A DNA stretch of 64,000 bases, from NCBI GenBank assembly GCA_963699755.1, contig CAVOVB010000002.1, positions 800,001-864,000 on the forward strand. Direction: 5' to 3'. This DNA comes from an uncultured delta proteobacterium. GTDB lineage: Bacteria; Myxococcota_A; Polyangia; Polyangiales; Houyiibacteriaceae. Below the pieces are notes generated by a model. It saw only the letters and a program-made list of their open reading frames with translations, was not told where the DNA came from and made no database searches. Made by a program: the position numbers and the translations under genes. Positions within the stretch are counted from its first letter, which is position 1; every line of letters begins with the position of its first letter. Positions 1 through 9,370 of the stretch are shown piece by piece.

Positions 1-915
1 CGCAACCAGCACCCAGGAGTCGCCGTTCTTGAAGCTCTGCAAGGCACGCTGCCTCGCGCCCTGTGACTTGTTGCCGTGAATGGCTTCGGCACCGATGCCG
101 GCGTTCCCGAGCTTCCGGGCCACCTTGTTCGCGCCATGCTTGGTGCGGGTGAACACGATCGCCCGGGACACCTCGTCATCTCGGAGCAAATGCTCGAGCA
201 TGCGCTGCTTGTCGCCGGTGCCGACCATGACGACGCGCTGGTCGATTTCCTTCACGGTCACCTCTTTGGGCGACACATCGATGCGAACCGGATCGTCGAG
301 GATGTCTCGGGCGAGCGCTGCAACCGCATGTGGCATCGTGGCCGAAAAGAGAAGCGACTGACGGCTTTTCGGGGTCTGCGCGACGATTCGTTTCACGTCG
401 CGGATGAATCCCATGTCCAGCAGCCGGTCGGCTTCGTCGAGCACCAGCACGTCGACCTCCGAAAGATCGATGTGGCGCTGACCTGCCAGGTCGAGCAGCC
501 GGCCGGGAGTCGCGACCACCACGTCGAGTCCCTCTTTGAGGGCTTTGATCTGCGGGTTCGCGCTCACGCCACCGAAGATGAATGCGTGACGAAGCTTGGT
601 GTACTTGCCAAAGCGCTCGAGCTCATCGTGAATTTGGAGGGCGAGCTCGCGAGTGGGCGCAAGAATGAGCGCGCGCGGCCGCCGGGGTCGCGCTGGCGAG
701 TTTTCTTCCTCCAGACGCTGTAACAGAGGCAACGCGAACGCTGCCGTTTTGCCGGTCCCGGTCTGAGCGATGCCCAGTAGGTCTCTCTCCTGCAACAGAT
801 GCGGGATGGCCTGGGTTTGGATCGGCGTGGGCTCTGTGTAGCCCACGTCTCTCAGGGCTCGGCGAAATTTTTCGCCGAGCCCGAGAGATGAGAAGTCGTT
901 AAGACTCGTGGTCAT
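1..915 (-). CDS. DEAD-box ATP-dependent RNA helicase (RhlE/DeaD-like), runs off the window edge
   Basis: Manual minus-strand translation from ATG 915: MTTSLNDFSSLGL...PTPIQTQAIP...AQTGTGKTAAF...VLVLDEADRLLDMGF (Q motif, Walker A, DEAD). Missing from the ORF track because it is truncated. Confidence 0.95.
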   Translation of the reverse strand, partial: MTTSLNDFSSLGLGEKFRRALRDVGYTEPTPIQTQAIPHLLQERDLLGIAQTGTGKTAAFALPLLQRLEEENSPARPRRPRALILAPTRELALQIHDELERFGKYTKLRHAFIFGGVSANPQIKALKEGLDVVVATPGRLLDLAGQRHIDLSEVDVLVLDEADRLLDMGFIRDVKRIVAQTPKSRQSLLFSATMPHAVAALARDILDDPVRIDVSPKEVTVKEIDQRVVMVGTGDKQRMLEHLLRDDEVSRAIVFTRTKHGANKVARKLGNAGIGAEAIHGNKSQGARQRALQSFKNGDSWVLVA

Positions 916-924
916 GCGTACCGC

Positions 925-1206
925 TTACCAACGATTGTCGGAGCGGCGGTCGTTTCGGGGACGATCATTGGCCGTATCGACACGGATTGTGCGACCGTCG
1001 AGCGTGGAGTTGTTGAGCTCCTCGACCGCGCGGCTCGCACTGGCTTCGTCCTCGAACGTCACGAAGCCGAAGCCCCGCGAGCGACCGGTTTCCCGGTCCG
1101 TAATCACCTTGGCTTCGGCGACGGTGCCACATGCCTCGAAAGCCTGCTGAAGCTCACTGTCTGTCGTGTTCCAGCTCAGGCCACCTACGAATAGTTTCTT
1201 GCTCAT
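925..1206 (-). CDS. RRM (RNP-1) RNA-binding protein
   Basis: KLFVGGLSW (RNP2) and RSRGFGFVTF (RNP1). Confidence 0.95.
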   Translation of the reverse strand: MSKKLFVGGLSWNTTDSELQQAFEACGTVAEAKVITDRETGRSRGFGFVTFEDEASASRAVEELNNSTLDGRTIRVDTANDRPRNDRRSDNRW

Positions 1207-1454
1207 TCTGTCTGTCTCTCTCTGATCTATCTGCGCAGCATCAGCCGGGAACTGTCCCGTGCATCTACTCCGCGTCTCTAACTTGCCGATGTCTTCTACG
1301 AACCGTTTAGCCGTTGTTTCGAATCACGGTGCGGGTCTGGTAGGAACAGGTCGGCAGCGTGCTGGCAGCCCACGATGGGCTCCCGCGTCCTTGGTGGACG
1401 ATTGGGGCAAGGTAGCAGTTGCTCTGCGCTTGTCCAGCGAGCCACCAATCGTGC

Positions 1455-2948
1455 CTAGGAACCGCGTTTTCGCCGACCCCGGGGCGGGTGGGCTCCCGGC
1501 CCGAGGTAGCGATCCTCGGGAATGCCGTATTCGAGCAGGATTTGCGGGTTCGCACGGCGAGCGGCCTCGAGATCGAGAGTTAGGACCCAGCCGTCCCCCA
1601 CGACGATTCGCAGCCACTGGCCCTTCGCCTGGTCGACGATCGAAGCCAGGTGCCGGAGATCGCGCGGAACCAGTCCGTTGACGAGTCGGATGGTCTCGCC
1701 TCCCCAGTCCTGGTAGCCGCGGTTGACTGGGTGGGGGAGGACCTGCCCCAGCAAGATCACCTCGCGACGCTCCTTGGTGACCAGATTGTTCACCACCGCA
1801 TAGTTCAGCGAATCCGGGTAGACCGAGTCGGGGCCTTTGATCATGTCTTCGCTCAACGGTTGGAACAGCAGGCCTGCAAACTGGAAATACCGCGGCCATT
1901 CGGTGGTGCGCCGGCCGGGCACCAAGGGCGAATGCGGCGTGAGCTTGATGGTCTTCTGGAGCTTCTTGCCGCCTCGCAGAATGGTGACGGCCACCTCGTC
2001 TCCGACCTGTTTGCTCTGGAAAGCGAGCTCGTAGTCGACCCTGCCGATGCCCGGCCAGGACACCGTGAGGTCGTTTGCGACGGCCCGGCCGTCGACGGAG
2101 AGAAGCACGTCCCGGGGTTGAAGCACTCCGTAGGAAGGCCCCCCGTAGTCGACCCGGGTCACGAGCGCGCCCGTCGCGGAGGGACGCATCCGAGCCGCGC
2201 GCCGCTGCGCATCGCTTTCCATGTCCTGAACGTCGATGCCGGGCCGTGGGAAGCCGTCATAGTGGCCATCCGATACGTCTTCGAGGAAGTGGCGAATGAC
2301 TGGGCTCGGAATCATGTAACCCACGTTGTCGGCGTCATCCATGCCTTGCATAGCGATCCCGATGACCGATCCGTCGCTCACGACCGGGCCTCCGCTGTTC
2401 CCCTCGTTGATCGCTGCGTCGATCTGGACCGATAGCAGCTTGCGCCCGGACTGCGTGTACGTGTCGAGCTCGACGCGAGAGACGATCCCCGAGGTAATCG
2501 ACAGCGTCACCCCGCCGATGGGGAAACCATAGGCCACTACCTTTTGCTCGAGCTTTGGCATCTCGCCGATCGGCACGGCAGAGGCGCCTTCGAAGAAACG
2601 CGGCTCGTCGACCTCGACCAAAGCCAAGTCGGCGTCGTGGCTGATGAACCGCACCTTCCCTTGGAATCGCTCGCTTCCGTCGGCGCGCTTCACCTCGATG
2701 CCGACGGCGCTCTCGACGACGTGGGCGTTGGTAAGGATGCGCCGGTCGTCGATGATCACTCCGGAACCGGAATAGACCTCGGTGCCCTCGGTTTGCCAAG
2801 GTATGTCTGTGTCCGGGGGATCCGCATAGACGGAGAGCTGCACCACGCTGGTGGCGATGGACGCCCCGTCTGCATGGCCAAGCCCTGGCCAAGCGCAGGC
2901 AGCTCCGATGGTCAGCGCCGCGATGGCTGCGTGCATGATTGCGTTCAT
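1455..2948 (-). CDS. Secreted Deg/HtrA-family serine protease with PDZ domains (Deg2-like)
   Basis: Signal peptide, LTNAHVV, DLAL, AAINEGNSGGP, C-terminal PDZ-like regions. Confidence 0.9.
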   Translation of the reverse strand: MNAIMHAAIAALTIGAACAWPGLGHADGASIATSVVQLSVYADPPDTDIPWQTEGTEVYSGSGVIIDDRRILTNAHVVESAVGIEVKRADGSERFQGKVRFISHDADLALVEVDEPRFFEGASAVPIGEMPKLEQKVVAYGFPIGGVTLSITSGIVSRVELDTYTQSGRKLLSVQIDAAINEGNSGGPVVSDGSVIGIAMQGMDDADNVGYMIPSPVIRHFLEDVSDGHYDGFPRPGIDVQDMESDAQRRAARMRPSATGALVTRVDYGGPSYGVLQPRDVLLSVDGRAVANDLTVSWPGIGRVDYELAFQSKQVGDEVAVTILRGGKKLQKTIKLTPHSPLVPGRRTTEWPRYFQFAGLLFQPLSEDMIKGPDSVYPDSLNYAVVNNLVTKERREVILLGQVLPHPVNRGYQDWGGETIRLVNGLVPRDLRHLASIVDQAKGQWLRIVVGDGWVLTLDLEAARRANPQILLEYGIPEDRYLGPGAHPPRGRRKRGS

Positions 2949-3011
2949 GGCTGCGAATCTTCAGCGCTGAGGTGGACGGCGGTCAAGCGGAAATCATGAT
3001 ACGAAGCGTCC

Positions 3012-4064
3012 ATGCGCGTCGACACGTTTAGCTCCGAAGTCAACGATTGGTCCAAGATCGCTGCGGCGGCTCAGCTGGCCGAGACCCGTGGCTTCGACGG
3101 CTTCGCGATCCCAGAGATCACCAACGACCCCATTCTCAATGCGGCCATCGCGGCAAACGCGACCAAACGCATCCATGCGCGCACCGCGATCGCCGTGGCT
3201 TTTCCGCGAAGCCCCATGGTGGTGGCCGAGCAGGCCTGGTCGATCCAAACCAACTCGGGCGGGCGCTTCGGACTCGGGCTCGGCACGCAGGTCAGGGCGC
3301 ACAACGAGCGACGGTTCAGCACGCCTTGGAAGGCTCCGCGAAGCCGAATGATCGAGTATGTGATGTCGCTCCGTGCGATTTGGCGTTGCTGGGAGCTTGG
3401 CGAGCGACTGAGCTACGAGGGCGAGCACTATCGGTTCTCGCTCATGACGCCGGAGTTCACCCCGCCTAAGTCGAACCTGCCGATGGTGCCCATCTATCTC
3501 GCAGCGGTTCGGCCCAAGATGGTCGAGTCGGCTGCCAGCATCGCGGACGGCCTTCGCCTGCACTTCTTCTGCACGAAGAAGTATTTGCAAGAGGTCACTT
3601 GGCCTGCGATCGAGCGTGGCTTGGCGGCGAGCGGGCGCTCGCGAAGCGAGCTCGAAGTTTGTGGGGGCGGCTTCATCATCACCGGCCCGGACGAAGAGGC
3701 CGTCATGAAGAACCGCGAGTGGGTGCGCTACCGCGTCGCGTTTTACGGCTCGACTCCAGCGTATCTGCCGGTGATGTCGCTACACGGCTGGGACGATCTG
3801 GCACAGAAGCTCAATCAGATGTCCAAGACCGGGCAGTGGAAGACGATGGCGGCCGAGGTCCCGGACGATGTGGTCGACGAATTTGGGGTCTTCGCGACCC
3901 ATGAAAACCTTCCGAAGGCGATTGAAGCGCGATTCGGCGGCATCTCGGACACGGTGGAGCTTGGCTTCGAAGACGACACGGACCCGGACCATGCCCGAAG
4001 CATCATCGAGCGGGTCCAGCAGATCGAGAGCCGCTTCGAGGCTCACGCGAATCACTACGGCTAG
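3012..4064 (+). CDS. LLM-class (probably F420-dependent) oxidoreductase
   Basis: AIAVAFPRSP, SGGRFGLGLGTQVRAHNERRF, FYGSTPAY motifs. Confidence 0.88.
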   Translation: MRVDTFSSEVNDWSKIAAAAQLAETRGFDGFAIPEITNDPILNAAIAANATKRIHARTAIAVAFPRSPMVVAEQAWSIQTNSGGRFGLGLGTQVRAHNERRFSTPWKAPRSRMIEYVMSLRAIWRCWELGERLSYEGEHYRFSLMTPEFTPPKSNLPMVPIYLAAVRPKMVESAASIADGLRLHFFCTKKYLQEVTWPAIERGLAASGRSRSELEVCGGGFIITGPDEEAVMKNREWVRYRVAFYGSTPAYLPVMSLHGWDDLAQKLNQMSKTGQWKTMAAEVPDDVVDEFGVFATHENLPKAIEARFGGISDTVELGFEDDTDPDHARSIIERVQQIESRFEAHANHYG

Positions 4065-5824
4065 TTCCTGTTCTTGCTCAATACCAGGAGCGCCGTTTCT
4101 GCGGCGAGGTTTGCGTCCTCGTCGTCGCCGATGATGCGGCCCTCGGTGTCGTCGTAGTAGCGTGCCCGCTCGACGGTGACGCCCATCTTTTCGCAGAGCT
4201 CGAGCATGTCGCGAATCGACGGGAAGCGGCGGTTCGGGGTGTTGTACCACTCATAGGAGTACGAGCCTGGCGCCTTGGGCGCGCGGCCTTCGAGGCCGAA
4301 CATCTCGCGAAGGGTGCGATGGGCGAAATTGGTGAAGCCTACGATGGCGCGACGACCGACCCGGAGGGCGTCCTCGAGCAGGCGCTCGACGTTGGGGACC
4401 GCTTGAAGGGTCGACGAGAGCACGACGTAGTCGAAGCGGTTGTCGTCGAACTCTGGCAGGCCGACGTTCAAGTCGTAGTCGATGGCCTCCACGCCGTGTT
4501 GCATGGTTGCTGCGATGAGCTCCGTGCTGACTTCGACGCCACAAAGGAGCGGCGCACCGCGTTGCTTGAGGCGCGCCAAGAGGTCCCCCTCCCCGCAGCC
4601 CAGGTCGAGCACCGAGCTCCCAGGGGGAATCAGCTCGAGAATGCGATCGTCTTCGAAGCTCACGCGCGGCGGCCGCGGAGCTGGTGCGCCGAGCTTGGCC
4701 GCGACCAGGGGGCCGAATGCTTCGATGTCATTCGAGAGCAGGAAGCTATCGTGCCCGCCGTCGGTTTCGATTTCGCAGTACGAAACCGGCTGACCCAGCG
4801 TGGTCATGAGGGCGACGAGCTCGCGTGACTGGGCCGGTGGAAAGAGCCAATCACTGGAGAAGGAAATGACCAACCAATCACACTGGGCGGCGCGGAACGC
4901 CTCGAGCCGCTTCTCGCGCGTCTCACCGAGATCGAAGTTGTCCATCGCCAGCGTGACCGTCACATAGGAGTTCGCGTCGAAGCGGCCCACGAACTGCTTG
5001 CCCTGATACGCGAGGTAGGAACCGACCGAGAAGCGCTTCTCGAAGTCGGTGACGATGTCCCGGGGCGAATGCCGGTCGAGGTCGAACTTCCGGGTCATCG
5101 CTTCAGACGAGAGATAGGTGATGTGGCCGAGCATCCGCGCGAGCGCTAGACCCGTCTGCGGGAAGTCGCCGGTGCCGTAGTACTGGCCGCCATGGAAGTG
5201 TGGGTCGGTCTGGATGGCGTTGCGGCCGACGACGTCGAACGCGATCGCCTGCGCCGTGACCCGGGCGGAGGCGGCGATGGGGATCGCCGTTTCGACGTAC
5301 TCGGGGTAGCGCGTCGCCCAGCAGAGCGTCTGGTGGCCTCCGAGCGAACCGCCGATGACGGCGCGCAAGCGCTTGATGCCGAGCAAGTCGATGAGCCGCT
5401 TCTGCACGTCGACCATGTCTTCGACGGTGACGAGGGGGAAGTCGCTGCCGTAGGGAGCACCCGTCGCGGGATTGATGGTCCCCGGTCCGGTCGTGCCCCG
5501 GCAGCCACCGAGGACGTTGGAGCAGATGACGAAGAGTCGGTCGGTGTCGACGGCCTTTCCCGGGCCAACGAGCCCTTCCCACCAGCCCGGATCGTCCTCC
5601 TCGTCGTGCGGGGCCAAGTGCGAGTCACCGGTGATCGCATGGCAGATGAGCACCGCGTTGCTGCCGTGCGCGTCGAGCTGGCCATAAGTCTCGTAAGCGA
5701 CCTCGACGCTTGGAAGCACGCCGCCATGCTGGAGCCGCATCGGCGTCGGGAAGACGGCTGTCTGCACGTGGCGAAGCGGCTTCCCGCTCCGCAGCGAATC
5801 GGTGCTTTCGAACTCGGCGACCAC
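4061..5824 (-). CDS. metX: Homoserine O-acetyltransferase MetX fused to a C-terminal MetW-like methyltransferase domain
   Basis: CHAITGD, GGSLGG nucleophile, GHDSFL; then VLDLGCGEG...YEWYNTPNRRF (MetW). Confidence 0.92.
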   Translation of the reverse strand: MVAEFESTDSLRSGKPLRHVQTAVFPTPMRLQHGGVLPSVEVAYETYGQLDAHGSNAVLICHAITGDSHLAPHDEEDDPGWWEGLVGPGKAVDTDRLFVICSNVLGGCRGTTGPGTINPATGAPYGSDFPLVTVEDMVDVQKRLIDLLGIKRLRAVIGGSLGGHQTLCWATRYPEYVETAIPIAASARVTAQAIAFDVVGRNAIQTDPHFHGGQYYGTGDFPQTGLALARMLGHITYLSSEAMTRKFDLDRHSPRDIVTDFEKRFSVGSYLAYQGKQFVGRFDANSYVTVTLAMDNFDLGETREKRLEAFRAAQCDWLVISFSSDWLFPPAQSRELVALMTTLGQPVSYCEIETDGGHDSFLLSNDIEAFGPLVAAKLGAPAPRPPRVSFEDDRILELIPPGSSVLDLGCGEGDLLARLKQRGAPLLCGVEVSTELIAATMQHGVEAIDYDLNVGLPEFDDNRFDYVVLSSTLQAVPNVERLLEDALRVGRRAIVGFTNFAHRTLREMFGLEGRAPKAPGSYSYEWYNTPNRRFPSIRDMLELCEKMGVTVERARYYDDTEGRIIGDDEDANLAAETALLVLSKNRN

Positions 5825-5838
5825 GAGAGCCGGTTAGC

Positions 5839-7149
5839 CTACCCCACGGCGGCCGCAAGTGCTTGATCGATGTCCGCGATGATGTCTTTGACATCCTCGA
5901 TGCCGACCGAAACACGCACGTACTCGGGCACGACACCGGTCTGCTGCTGCTCGGCGGGACTGAGCTGCTGGTGGGTGGTCGAAGCCGGATGGATGACCAG
6001 CGTCTTGGCGTCGCCGATGTTGGCCAGGTGCGAGCAGAGCTTTACCGAGTTGATGAACTTCTTGCCCGCTTCCATGCCGCCCTTGATGCCAAAGCCGAGG
6101 ATCGCGCCTTTGCCGTCCGGCAAGTAGTGATTGGCGAGCTCGTTATCGGGATGGGAAGGGAGCCCCGGGTAGTTCACCCACTCGACCGCATCGTGCTTTT
6201 CGAGGTGCTCGGCGACCGCCTGCGCGTTCTCGCAATGACGCGGCATCCTGAGGTGAAGCGTCTCGAGCCCCTGCAGGAAGAGGAACGCGGCGAAGGGGCT
6301 CATTGCCGCTCCCGTGTCGCGCAGCCAGTGGGTGCGAATCTGGACGTTGTAGACGATGTTTCCCATCGGGGCGAGAGCGTCCGCGAGGACCGCGCCGTGG
6401 TAGTTCGGCGAGGGCCCACAAAACTCCGGCCACTTGTCGCGGTTGTCGGTCCACTGGAACTTGCCCGAATCGACGATCGCGCCGCCGATGTGGGTGCCGT
6501 GGCCGCCGATGAACTTGGTCGTCGAGTAGACGTTGATGTCGATCCCGTGTTCGAAGGGACGGAAGAGGTACGGCGTCATCACGGTGTTGTCGCAGATGAG
6601 CGGAATGGCGCCGTAGGGAGCGCTATGCGCCGCCTCGGCAATGGCTTTGAAGTTTGGCACGTCGTTCTTGGGGTTCCCGATCGATTCGATGTAGACGAGC
6701 CGCGTCTTCTCGTCGACCAGGTCGTGAATCTGCTCGGGGTGCGCCGGGTCGAAGAAGCGAACCTCGACGCCGAGGTTGTTGAAGGTATTGTTGAACAGCG
6801 TCCAGGTACCGCCGTAGAGGCTCGTGGCGGAGACGAAGTTTTGCCCGGAGTGGCAGAGAGTGAGAATGGCCGCGTTGATCGCCGACTGGCCCGACGCGAA
6901 ACCGAGGCCGGTGACGCCGCCGTCGAGCGCCGCCAGACGCTTTTCGAGGACGTCGACGGTCGGATTCATCAGGCGGGAGTAGATGTTCCCAAACTCGGCA
7001 AGCCCAAAGAGCGCGGCCGCATGGTCGGTATCGTTGAAGACGTACGACGTGGTCGCGTAGATCGGCACGGCGCGCGAGTTGGTGGTGGGGTCGGGTTCCT
7101 GGCCAGCGTGAAGCGCACGCGTGCCCAGGCCGTAGTTCTCTTCAGTCAT
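5839..7149 (-). CDS. metY: O-acetylhomoserine aminocarboxypropyltransferase (sulfhydrylase)
   Basis: PIYATTSYVF, GNIYSRLMNPT, STTKFIGGHG (PLP Lys), HPASTTHQQL; GAGGT RBS before ATG 7149. Confidence 0.95.
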   Translation of the reverse strand: MTEENYGLGTRALHAGQEPDPTTNSRAVPIYATTSYVFNDTDHAAALFGLAEFGNIYSRLMNPTVDVLEKRLAALDGGVTGLGFASGQSAINAAILTLCHSGQNFVSATSLYGGTWTLFNNTFNNLGVEVRFFDPAHPEQIHDLVDEKTRLVYIESIGNPKNDVPNFKAIAEAAHSAPYGAIPLICDNTVMTPYLFRPFEHGIDINVYSTTKFIGGHGTHIGGAIVDSGKFQWTDNRDKWPEFCGPSPNYHGAVLADALAPMGNIVYNVQIRTHWLRDTGAAMSPFAAFLFLQGLETLHLRMPRHCENAQAVAEHLEKHDAVEWVNYPGLPSHPDNELANHYLPDGKGAILGFGIKGGMEAGKKFINSVKLCSHLANIGDAKTLVIHPASTTHQQLSPAEQQQTGVVPEYVRVSVGIEDVKDIIADIDQALAAAVG

Positions 7150-7298
7150 ATCGAATACCTCGTTGCTGATGCGCGAGTGGAAGTGCTGGGGGCGGCGAGG
7201 ATAACGCGACTTCGGCGCAGAGTCAGCGCCCATTGAAGCCAAGTCGCAAGACTTGCGCCTCTGGGGCTGCGGAAACCGCAAAAACACGGTCATTTCAG

Positions 7299-7314
7299 TG
7301 GCATGGGCATTGCA
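7299..7314 (+). promoter_or_regulatory. sigma54 (-24/-12) promoter
   Basis: TGGCATGGGCATTGCA has GG-N10-GC spacing, 25 nt before ATG 7339. Confidence 0.65.
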
Positions 7315-7338
7315 TTGCTCACCGGAAAAGTGGGCGCG

Positions 7339-8457
7339 ATGCGCCTGCGGGAGGTTCTCGTGTTGAAACGCCTTTCGTGGATTCTCTTATCAACGGCGGC
7401 GCTGCTGGTGCTTGCCACGGGTTCGATTCACTGCAGCGGCAGCACTGTGCCGGAAGGCAAGGACTGCGTCACGCGAGAGGACTGCCTGAACAACAACTGG
7501 ACCAACAACCAGTGCAGCCGGCTCGACGGCCACTGGGAGTGCGACATGGGGGTTTGCTTTCCGGTCTGCGATGAGTGCGCGACCGTGGCTCAATGCCTCG
7601 GCGAGTGGACGCTCGACTGCAACGGTCATTTCGCCTGCACCGAGGGGCAGTGCGAACAGGTCTGCGATTCCGTGGGTTGCGGAAACGATCTCTGTGCGCC
7701 TGCCGGCGGCGAGACCGCGGAAAGCTGCCCGCCCGATTGCGCCGCTCCCTGCGAGACGGCCGGCGACTGCACAGCGACCGGCGTCTGGGACGAGCCCTGT
7801 GAAGGCCGATGGGAATGCCAGTCGCAGGATTGCGTCGGAGTCTGCGACTACGAGAGCTGCGGCAACGGGAGCTGCGACACCGCCCAGGGAGAAAACGAGG
7901 ACAGTTGCCCCGGGGACTGCGTCGACGGTTGCCGGAGCCTCGTCCCGAGCGACTGCTTCTCCGAGCAGTGGGCGCCCACGATTTGCCAAGGTCGCTGGAA
8001 TTGCTTGCAGGGGACCTGTCAGAAGATCTGCGACGACATCAACTGCGGCGACGGCATCTGCTGGGGCCTCAATGGTGAAAACGAAGACTCCTGCTTCGAG
8101 GATTGCCTTGGCGGCCCGTGCGAGGAGCTGATCGATTGTCTCGGACAGCGATGGTACAAGACCGGTTCCGGTACTCAGCCGTCGTGCCAAGGCCACTGGC
8201 AGTGCAACCCGGCGGACCCGCCCGGTCAACTCACGACCGGTGCCTGCGAAGCGGTGTGCGACGACGCGTCAGGAGGCGGCTGTGGGGACGGCACCTGCGA
8301 CACCCTCAACGGCGAGACTCCCACGAGCTGCCTCGTCGACTGCGGCAGCGGCTACTCCTGCACCAAGAGTGAGGACTGCAACTCGCTCACGCGTCCGAGC
8401 GGCTGCACGGGCGACTGGATCTGCGCGAGCCTCATTTGTGTGCCGCTTTGTGAGTAG
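7339..8457 (+). CDS. Secreted Cys-rich repeat protein (myxobacterial type)
   Basis: Hydrophobic leader, four repeats of C..G.W.C..G.C...CD...CG(D/N)G.C....GE....C..DC. Confidence 0.8.
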   Translation: MRLREVLVLKRLSWILLSTAALLVLATGSIHCSGSTVPEGKDCVTREDCLNNNWTNNQCSRLDGHWECDMGVCFPVCDECATVAQCLGEWTLDCNGHFACTEGQCEQVCDSVGCGNDLCAPAGGETAESCPPDCAAPCETAGDCTATGVWDEPCEGRWECQSQDCVGVCDYESCGNGSCDTAQGENEDSCPGDCVDGCRSLVPSDCFSEQWAPTICQGRWNCLQGTCQKICDDINCGDGICWGLNGENEDSCFEDCLGGPCEELIDCLGQRWYKTGSGTQPSCQGHWQCNPADPPGQLTTGACEAVCDDASGGGCGDGTCDTLNGETPTSCLVDCGSGYSCTKSEDCNSLTRPSGCTGDWICASLICVPLCE

Positions 8458-8611
8458 CCCGCCGAGATCAACGAACGGCTGAATCGGTGATCCAGCTCAC
8501 CGGGTAGATCGTTTGTGGTCCGTGCGCGTCTTTGAATGCATGAGTGGACGAAAACTCATGGGCAGTGGGCCTCCGGATTTGCCAGTATCTTTGAGGAGGC
8601 GGGGACCAGGA

Positions 8612-9334
8612 ATGGAAGCAGGCAGTAAGGATTCGCTAGCGGATCAGCTCTTGGAGCTACACAACATTCAGGCGGCACGCGTGGCGGCTGAAGAGGAAGC
8701 CCGGTTTCGGGCGGCCGAAGACGCGAGACGGCGTGCCGAGGCAGAGGCCGAGCGGCGCCAACACGAAGCGGAAGCACGCCTGCAAGCCGAAGAAGAGAGC
8801 CGCCTGGCCGCAGAGCGCACGCGGCGTGAAGAAGAAGAACGCCGGCGCCGCGAAGCCAAGGAGGCCGAGCTCCGGGTTCAGCTCCAAGAAGCGGCCAAGG
8901 CACGCGCTGCCGAACAGCAGCGCATGCTCGCGCACGAAAAAGAGATGGCGGCGATCACCGCCGTCGAGAAGAACAAGATCCGCGCGCGCCGCATCGTTGC
9001 GAGCGCTGCCCTGTTCCTCGTGCTTGCTTCGCTCGGCGGCTACGCGTTCATCGTGAAGCCAGCGCTCGAGCGCCAAGCTATGGCCACCGAGATGGCCCAG
9101 CAACAGCAACGCCGGGCCGCGATGGACAAGGAGCAGGCCGAGGCCGCCCTACTCTCCGAGAAGGAGCGCGCGGAAGCAGCCGAACGCGACAAGGAATCGC
9201 TCAAGGCCCGCCTCGAGAAGAAGGAAGTGGCCCGGCAAAAGGCCGCGGCCGCGCCGCACAAGCCCAGGGCACGCCCAGCCCAAAAGCCAGGCTGTGCCCC
9301 GGACGACCCGCTTTGCGGGATCCCGCTCGACTGA
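8612..9334 (+). CDS. Ala/Glu/Arg-rich coiled-coil membrane protein with C-terminal DDPLCG motif
   Basis: Coiled coil, one TM helix, CAPDDPLCGI tail; start uncertain (8513 or 8612). Confidence 0.7.
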   Translation: MEAGSKDSLADQLLELHNIQAARVAAEEEARFRAAEDARRRAEAEAERRQHEAEARLQAEEESRLAAERTRREEEERRRREAKEAELRVQLQEAAKARAAEQQRMLAHEKEMAAITAVEKNKIRARRIVASAALFLVLASLGGYAFIVKPALERQAMATEMAQQQQRRAAMDKEQAEAALLSEKERAEAAERDKESLKARLEKKEVARQKAAAAPHKPRARPAQKPGCAPDDPLCGIPLD

Positions 9335-9370
9335 GGGGAGCAGCGCTCGCGCAGCAGCGTGGCTGGCTCA

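Noticed and set aside
76..723. Long plus-strand ORF, and similar long antisense ORFs such as 5710-7236, 14350-16440, 24502-26193 and 56008-57300
   Set aside because: Shadow ORFs opposite well-supported genes, expected in high-GC DNA.
7150..7298. SAM riboswitch upstream of metY
   Set aside because: Some pairing is possible (GCGACTT/AAGTCGC) but I cannot see SAM-I/II or SAH consensus elements; needs cmscan.
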